Positions 58,157-64,000 of a stretch of DNA of 64,000 bases are shown piece by piece. The DNA lies in contig NZ_CP047901.1 in NCBI RefSeq assembly GCF_009936135.1, forward strand, positions 408,984 through 472,983, written 5' to 3'. Positions within the stretch are counted from its first letter, which is position 1. The number at the start of each line of letters is the position of its first letter. The translations under genes and the position numbers were made by a program. The notes under the pieces were generated by a model. That model did not search any database. It was not told where the DNA came from and was given only the letters and a program-made list of their open reading frames with translations. This DNA comes from Candidatus Chazhemtobacterium aquaticus. GTDB lineage: Bacteria; Patescibacteriota; Microgenomatia; UBA1400; Chazhemtobacteraceae.

Positions 58157-61100
58157 TCAAAAAGCTCGCTCTCTCCATTCTTACCATACTCTCAATTCTT
58201 TTCATTGCTTCTCCAGTTCAGGCCGAGTCTAGTCTCTCCTTCACCTTTCCAGTCAGAGTTCCAGCTACCAAACAGCTCGAGTATTTAGGTCTTCCTCAAC
58301 GCATCAACCAACTGGCCACTCCATCAGCAACTCCTGTCACCTGGTTGCTTAACTACGATACCTTAACCTCCGCCACTGCCTCTGCCTACTTCACTGATTT
58401 AAATTTATCCCCAGAGCAAGAGCTTGGAGTTTTGCTTGAAATTACTCCCGTCTTTCTTGAGAATGTCGGGTTACCTCGAGCCATCAATCCATCCACTGCT
58501 CACTTGATCAACAGCTATCACCCCGAGGTTCGCTATCAGATCATTGACCAGTATTTTTCTCTCTTCAAACAGCTTTTCGGTCACAACCCTAGAGTCGTTG
58601 CCGCTCCATATCTTGACGCTCTTTCATTAAGTTACCTAGCTGATCACTATGGCGTTAAGGCGGCTCTGCTTAATCTTCCCTCATCAGGAAACCTTACCCT
58701 TGATCACTACTTCCCCTATCCTTACTTCCCCTCAAAACACAACACTCTCGTTCCCTCCCCTGATCGAGATCAAGCCATTAATATCATGGTTTCTTTCTGG
58801 CAGGGTCTTCCCAGTAACTCTGATTTTGTTTCACTACTTAGTAATCCTCGCCATCAATCCTCCCTCATTTCCTTTGGCCTTGAGGAAAGTTTAACCGCTG
58901 ACCAACAGCTTGAGGTTTTACCAGATCTTTTCACTTCCCTATCTTCGCTTGACTCTCTCACCACTGTTGGTGATTTCGCTGACCACTTTATTACATACAA
59001 TCCCTTAACCACTCCCACATACCTTTCCTCAGGTAATCAGTTCACTATCTACGCCAGTCCCCACTATTTCCTCACCCTTGATCGCCAAAAGAGTCAGCTC
59101 ACCTCGCTGGTTTTCTACAATCATCACGAAACTGAAGCCTTTCTTTTTGATCGCAACCCCAACGCTTTTCTTAATCTAAATACCTACCCGCTTGTCACTC
59201 CAGATCAACCCATCTCTCTCTCCACTCCTCTTCTTGATTACACCCTTACCCAAGACTCTTCCTTTTCCTACACTCTTTCTTTTACCGATTACTTCATTAA
59301 CTTAAAGCCAAAAAGTTTCACTACCAACTTAAACCTTAATCTTCCCTCTCATCCTCAGGTTAACCTTATTACCTCAGGGGCCAATCAAACTTTCTCGGCT
59401 ACTTCCTGGCGTCCATATTACACTCCCTTATTCACCTCGATCTTAAATATCACCAAACTTATTGCCTTGTTTTTATTCCTCGCTTACTTGTTTAAATACC
59501 CACCCAAGCGTTTATTCAAACTCATCTCCCGCCATTTCACCACCTTTATCATTCTCCTCTTTGGCACCTTTATCTGGTCACTTACTATATCAAGAAGCGG
59601 CTCTCTCACTCCATACGGCTTAAGCTTCTGGGGTCCTCACAGCCACGATGCTCTCTTCCATCTCTCCCTAATCGAGTCCTTCAAACAATCTCTCTATCCT
59701 CTCATCAATCCCAATCTTATAGACACTACCATTCACAACTACCACCTCCTTTATGACTATCTTCTAGCCCTCCTCTCCCTCCTGCTTAACATCCCATCTC
59801 TTGATCTCTACTTCCGCCTCATTCCTCCCTTGCTTGCCTTCTTCATTGGTCTTACCAGTTTTACTTTGTTGCGTCGCTGGCGCTACTCTCCCTCCCAAGC
59901 CCGTCTCTCTCTAGTCTTCGTCTACCTCACCGGTTCATTGGGTTTCATACCCCACTTCTTCCAGAAAGGTACTCTTTGGGGTGGAGAATCCATCTTCTGG
60001 ATGCAGCAAAACATCTCCACCTTGATCAACCCTCCCTTCGCTCTGTCCTTACTTCTCCTCCTGGTTTTCCTAAATCTCTACCACTCCTGGCATGATTCGC
60101 TCTCATTAAAACGCCTCCTCATCCTCTCTCTGATCGGTGCTCTGCTCATCCAGGCCAAGGCTTACGCTTCTGTGCTACTAATCTTTGCCCTCTTTGCCCA
60201 TCTATCTCTCTCTGTCGTTACCACCAGACGCATTAGCTTCTCCAAGTTGTTACTCCCCGCCTTCCTGCTTGTCTTCTCTGTTCTTCTCTTTCTGCCCACC
60301 TATGCCTCCAGCGGCTCTCTTTTCCAGTTTGCTCCTCTCTGGTTCATCCGCTCCCTAGTCTCAGCTCAGGATCGCCTCAACCTAGAGTCTTTTGCCAGCG
60401 CCTGGCAGGTCTACCAAGCTACCGATCAATATCCAAAACTTCTCCTAGTTCACATCACCCTTACTCTTGTCTATCTCCTCGGTAACTTGGGTATCCGTGT
60501 TCTAGCTCTACCCGCTTGGTGGCAGTCCTTTTTTAAGTCTGCCTCACAGCCTCTAGTTGCCTGGATCATTCTAGCTGGTCTGGCTGTACCCTTTGTCTTC
60601 ATCCAGTCCGGCAACTCCTGGAACTCAATCCAGTTCTCCTACTACTCCCTCTTCTTCTTAAGTTTGCTCTTAGGCCCCCCTGTTGCCTCCTTTCTTTCTC
60701 GCTCCCACACCTTACCCAAGTTTTTAAGTCTACTTCTTCTTATTACCTTTCTGACTCTGCCTACCACCATCGGTACGCTTAAAGAGTATGCTTCGCTTAA
60801 GCCCTCCACCTCGATCACCCATCAGGAGTTAAGGGTTTTAGATTACCTCTCTCGTCAGCCTCATTCTAGAGTCATCACCCCGGTTCACTCTCGCACTCGC
60901 CGTCATCCATACTCTACTCCCATACCGGTTCATGCCTCCGACAGCACCGCCTACGTTCCTGCCCTCACTGGCCACCAGGCTCTTTTTGCTGATGAGGTCA
61001 ATCTGGAGATTATGGATTACTCATATCAAAAAATCCGTCAAAACAATCTCCGTTTCTACAACACCACCGACTATATCTTCCCCACCGACTTTGTTAGACA

Positions 61101-61224
61101 AAACCAGATAGAATATATCTACCAGACGTCACAGGATCATATGAATACAAAAGACCTCTCTACCCACTTTGACACTATCTTTACCTCTGGTAATTACTCA
61201 CTTTTAACCCCCAAAATTAAATGA
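58153..61224 (+). CDS. Large fused protein (1023 aa): secreted N-terminal domain plus 12–14 TM membrane domain
   Basis: Signal peptide 'MIKKLALSILTILSILFIASPVQA', ~430-aa soluble region, then a polytopic region with a large final loop. No motif recognised. Confidence 0.5.
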   Translation: MIKKLALSILTILSILFIASPVQAESSLSFTFPVRVPATKQLEYLGLPQRINQLATPSATPVTWLLNYDTLTSATASAYFTDLNLSPEQELGVLLEITPVFLENVGLPRAINPSTAHLINSYHPEVRYQIIDQYFSLFKQLFGHNPRVVAAPYLDALSLSYLADHYGVKAALLNLPSSGNLTLDHYFPYPYFPSKHNTLVPSPDRDQAINIMVSFWQGLPSNSDFVSLLSNPRHQSSLISFGLEESLTADQQLEVLPDLFTSLSSLDSLTTVGDFADHFITYNPLTTPTYLSSGNQFTIYASPHYFLTLDRQKSQLTSLVFYNHHETEAFLFDRNPNAFLNLNTYPLVTPDQPISLSTPLLDYTLTQDSSFSYTLSFTDYFINLKPKSFTTNLNLNLPSHPQVNLITSGANQTFSATSWRPYYTPLFTSILNITKLIALFLFLAYLFKYPPKRLFKLISRHFTTFIILLFGTFIWSLTISRSGSLTPYGLSFWGPHSHDALFHLSLIESFKQSLYPLINPNLIDTTIHNYHLLYDYLLALLSLLLNIPSLDLYFRLIPPLLAFFIGLTSFTLLRRWRYSPSQARLSLVFVYLTGSLGFIPHFFQKGTLWGGESIFWMQQNISTLINPPFALSLLLLLVFLNLYHSWHDSLSLKRLLILSLIGALLIQAKAYASVLLIFALFAHLSLSVVTTRRISFSKLLLPAFLLVFSVLLFLPTYASSGSLFQFAPLWFIRSLVSAQDRLNLESFASAWQVYQATDQYPKLLLVHITLTLVYLLGNLGIRVLALPAWWQSFFKSASQPLVAWIILAGLAVPFVFIQSGNSWNSIQFSYYSLFFLSLLLGPPVASFLSRSHTLPKFLSLLLLITFLTLPTTIGTLKEYASLKPSTSITHQELRVLDYLSRQPHSRVITPVHSRTRRHPYSTPIPVHASDSTAYVPALTGHQALFADEVNLEIMDYSYQKIRQNNLRFYNTTDYIFPTDFVRQNQIEYIYQTSQDHMNTKDLSTHFDTIFTSGNYSLLTPKIK

Positions 61225-62135
61225 AAATCTCTGCCGTAGTCAACACCCTCAACGAAGAATCAAACATTGCCGATTGTCTAGAGTCTCTAAACTGGGTCGA
61301 TGAAATCGTCGTTGTTGATATGGAATCAGACGACAAGACCAAGGACATTGCCTATCGCTACACCAAACATGTTTACAACCACAAACGAGTCGGTTACGTC
61401 GAGCCAGCCCGCAACTTTGCCTTAAGCAAGACTACTGGTGACTGGATTCTGGTTCTTGATGCTGATGAGCGAGTACCCCATCCATTAGCAGCCAAGCTAA
61501 TCGAGATTGCCGAAGCCAACCAGACCAACTTTGTCCGCATTCCCCGTCAGAACATCATTTTTAACAAATGGATCGAACACTCCCGCTGGTGGCCTGACCA
61601 CAATATCCGCTTCTTTAAGCGAAACCGGGTCGAGTGGCAAAACGAGATTCACTCCATTCCCGTCACCCACGGTGAGGGCCTTACTTTAGATCCCAAGAAA
61701 GAATTAAGTATCACCCACTTCCACTACACCAGCATTGATCAATATCTAACTCGTCTTCACCGCTACACCGATATCCAGTCCAAAGCCTTGATCGAACAAG
61801 GCTACAAACTAGACTGGCCCGATCTGGTTACCAAGCCCATCGCTGAGTTTCTCTCCCGTTTCTTCGCTGGCCAAGGTTACCTGGATGGTCTTCACGGGCT
61901 GGCTCTTGCCACTCTTCAGGCGTTCTCCGAGTTCATCGTTTACCTTAAGGTCTGGCAAGTTCAGGGTTTCAAGACCCACGCCGGCCAGCAGTTCATGGAT
62001 CAATTTGAGTCCCTAACCAACGCTAAGCGCAAAGAGTTTTCCTTCTGGATGATCACCACTCACCTGGAGCGTACTCAAGGCTGGTTCAAGCGCCTTCTCC
62101 TAAAAATCAGGCGCAAATTACTTTTTGTTAACTAA
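61221..62135 (+). CDS. GT2 glycosyltransferase
   Basis: 'ISAVVNTLNEESNI', 'VVVDMESDDKT', 'LDADERVP' (DxD). Confidence 0.8.
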   Translation: MKISAVVNTLNEESNIADCLESLNWVDEIVVVDMESDDKTKDIAYRYTKHVYNHKRVGYVEPARNFALSKTTGDWILVLDADERVPHPLAAKLIEIAEANQTNFVRIPRQNIIFNKWIEHSRWWPDHNIRFFKRNRVEWQNEIHSIPVTHGEGLTLDPKKELSITHFHYTSIDQYLTRLHRYTDIQSKALIEQGYKLDWPDLVTKPIAEFLSRFFAGQGYLDGLHGLALATLQAFSEFIVYLKVWQVQGFKTHAGQQFMDQFESLTNAKRKEFSFWMITTHLERTQGWFKRLLLKIRRKLLFVN

Positions 62136-63054
62136 TATGCGTCTTGCTGTCGTCATCCTCAACTACAACACCCCAGGTGACACCATCGCCTGTCTTAAAA
62201 CCTTAAAACAAGCCAAGATTCCTAAAGGCTTATATGTCGAGACCACTCTAGTCGACAATGCCTCCACCGACGACTCGGTTGACCTGATCAAATCAAAATT
62301 CCCCGAGGTTCGCTTAATCGAAAACATCACCAATCAAGGTTTTGCTGGTGGCAACAATGTTGGCATCAAAGCCGCCCTGGAAGAAAATCCCACCCATATT
62401 CTTCTTCTTAATCCCGACACCCTGATTGACCAGAATTTCTTTGTCAGCATCCTCAACTCAGCCATTACCAATCCCAAGGTGGGTATTGTTACTCCCCTTA
62501 TATACTTCGCCAAAGGTTACGAGTTTCACCAAAAATATGCCAAGAACGAGTTAGGCAGGGTTGTCTGGTCGGCTGGTGGCCGGATCGATTGGGCTAATGT
62601 CTATGGCACCAATGCTCATGTCGACGAGGTTGACCAAGGACAGTTCGAAAAAATCGAGGATACCGACTTTGCCACTGGTGCCTGCATGCTTATCCGCCGC
62701 CAGGTCATCGATCAAATCGGACTGCTCAACCAAAACTACTTCCTCTATCTTGAAGACTTAGAGTTTTCTCAACGAGCCAAGCGGGCCGGTTGGCGTATTG
62801 TTTTTGACCCCAGTATCAAGCTCTGGCACAAGGTTTCTCAGTCCTCTGGTATTGGTTCATCCTTAAATGATTACTTCATTACTAGAAACCGTCTCCTCTT
62901 CGGTCTTCGCTATGCCCCGCTTCGCACCAAGCTGGCTTTACTAAGAGAGGCTATCCGTTTCCTTATCTTTGGCCGTCCGGCTCAAAAAACCGCCGTTGCT
63001 GATTTCTTTACCTTTAAATTAGGCAGGGGTAGCTTCCTTGGCCGTCAAACATAA
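62125..63054 (+). CDS. GT2 glycosyltransferase (WbbL/rhamnosyltransferase-like)
   Basis: 'LAVVILNYNTPGDT', 'LVDNASTDDS', 'GFAGGNNVG', 'YLEDLEFSQRA'. Confidence 0.8.
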   Translation: MLTNMRLAVVILNYNTPGDTIACLKTLKQAKIPKGLYVETTLVDNASTDDSVDLIKSKFPEVRLIENITNQGFAGGNNVGIKAALEENPTHILLLNPDTLIDQNFFVSILNSAITNPKVGIVTPLIYFAKGYEFHQKYAKNELGRVVWSAGGRIDWANVYGTNAHVDEVDQGQFEKIEDTDFATGACMLIRRQVIDQIGLLNQNYFLYLEDLEFSQRAKRAGWRIVFDPSIKLWHKVSQSSGIGSSLNDYFITRNRLLFGLRYAPLRTKLALLREAIRFLIFGRPAQKTAVADFFTFKLGRGSFLGRQT

Positions 63055-63068
63055 CTTACAATCAATCT

Positions 63069-63872
63069 ATGCCCACACTATCAGTCATCATCATCACCGG
63101 TAGCAAAGCCCACGAGATTCTGCCTACCTTAAAGATTGCCAAGAAATTTGCCGACGAGATTATCCTGGTTGATACTGGGGCTACTGACAACACCGTCAAA
63201 CTAGCCAAGCCTTACTACACCAAGCTAGTCAAGACCTCTGGTACTGACTTTTCCGCCTGGCGCAACCTAGGTGCCAAGTATGCCCATGGTGACTGGCTTT
63301 TATATCTTGATACCGATGAACGAGTTCCCAAAGCACTAGCTGGTGAGATCCTAGCCACCATCAAAGAGCCGATCCATGATGCCTACACCATTCCCCGTCA
63401 CGAAATTTTATTAGGCAAACATCTTAAGCACTGGCCCCATCCCCGAGTTTTGCGGCTAATCAAAAAAGCCTCTCTTAAACGTTGGCGTGGCAAACTCCAC
63501 GAACAACCCGAGCTTATCGGTACCGTCGGTGACTTAAAAAATTTCATGCTGCACCTAACCCACAAAAATCTTGATGAAAACATTAACAAGACCCTAGAGT
63601 GGTCTCGTCTTGAGGCTCAGATGTTATATAGCTCCAACCATCCTCCCATGAAAGGCTGGCGTTTCTGGCGCATTCTCTTAACCGAGTTCTACCAACGCTT
63701 TTTCAAACAAGGTTTGCGCAAAGACGGAGTCGAGGGTAACCTAGAAGTTCTCTATCAGATGTTTTCCCGATTTATAACCTACGCCCGACTCTGGGAGTTA
63801 CAGCGTCAACCCTCGTTAGAGAAAAGCTACAAAAATATTGATCAAAAAATACTCGATGAATGGAGGCAATAG
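63069..63872 (+). CDS. GT2 glycosyltransferase
   Basis: 'LSVIIITGSKAHEI', 'ILVDTGATDNT', 'LDTDERVP'. Confidence 0.75.
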   Translation: MPTLSVIIITGSKAHEILPTLKIAKKFADEIILVDTGATDNTVKLAKPYYTKLVKTSGTDFSAWRNLGAKYAHGDWLLYLDTDERVPKALAGEILATIKEPIHDAYTIPRHEILLGKHLKHWPHPRVLRLIKKASLKRWRGKLHEQPELIGTVGDLKNFMLHLTHKNLDENINKTLEWSRLEAQMLYSSNHPPMKGWRFWRILLTEFYQRFFKQGLRKDGVEGNLEVLYQMFSRFITYARLWELQRQPSLEKSYKNIDQKILDEWRQ

Positions 63873-63881
63873 CTGATATAT

Positions 63882-64000
63882 ATGCTAGATTCTCAACCCA
63901 AAACCGCCGTCATCTTTGATCCCTACCTTGATACCCTAGGTGGGGGAGAGCGTTACACTCTCACTGTTGCCCAGACATTACTAAACCAAGGCTATCAAGT
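63882..64000 (+). CDS. 3'-partial gene, probable GT4 glycosyltransferase N-terminus
   Basis: 'KTAVIFDPYLDTLGGGERYTL' resembles the GT4 N-terminal 'GGxE' motif. Runs off the window. Confidence 0.45.
   Translation, partial: MLDSQPKTAVIFDPYLDTLGGGERYTLTVAQTLLNQGYQ

Overview
This window looks like a contig from a small-genome, Gram-positive-like bacterium (probably Patescibacteria/CPR: divergent 16S primer sites, homing-endonuclease intron in the 23S, truncated tsaB, sortase plus giant adhesin, very heavy glycosyltransferase content). All annotation is from reading the sequence by eye; no searches were run.

Layout, 5' to 3':
- 1–3811: tail of a coiled-coil/C39-like peptidase gene, an LTD-domain surface protein, VanZ, tsaE, a truncated tsaB and galE.
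- 4044–11578: an atypical, fragmented rRNA locus. 16S, then a terminator-like hairpin, tRNA-Ile(GAT), an RRM RNA-binding protein gene with its own terminator, an MBL-fold hydrolase on the minus strand, tRNA-Ala(TGC), 23S and 5S. The 23S carries a ~770-nt intron at the E. coli ~2593-equivalent site (about 60 nt upstream of the sarcin-ricin loop), encoding an I-CreI-like single-motif LAGLIDADG homing endonuclease.
- 11598–22224: a cell-surface module. A 783-aa repeat/CARDB protein, a small secreted protein with a perfect internal 30-aa duplication, a sortase, and a 2229-aa adhesin (Cna-B-like, DUF11, DUF642-like and Cys-rich repeats). The adhesin carries two similar non-LPXTG sorting-signal-like elements ('TPSLWALL..basic' and 'SPSILWRIL..RKK').
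- 22253–36145: envelope and housekeeping genes (CAP-domain protein, SurA-like, SagB-type nitroreductase, trmD, an ABC exporter, SOD, cytochrome b5 lipoprotein, GT2-GtrA, DUF4342, RluB-like, TspO). A 40-aa Cys/His-rich peptide gene with a Shine-Dalgarno site and terminator sits next to the SagB-type gene.
- 36526–40433 and 45992–64000: a large glycosylation supercluster with six GT2 genes, six GT-C-like membrane proteins (including a tandem triplication at 49321–54374), a Wzx flippase, DsbB and a 1023-aa fused membrane protein.
- 40403–45350: a compositionally odd decay hotspot bounded by a ~38-nt direct repeat of the upstream GT-C gene's 3' end. It holds a GT2 remnant, a 5'-truncated ABC-F ATPase, a purine-rich gene with a twin-arginine signal behind a promoter-leader-terminator unit, a truncated and A8-frameshifted GT4 remnant, and a ribA 3' remnant.

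No CRISPR array, transposase or integrase was seen.
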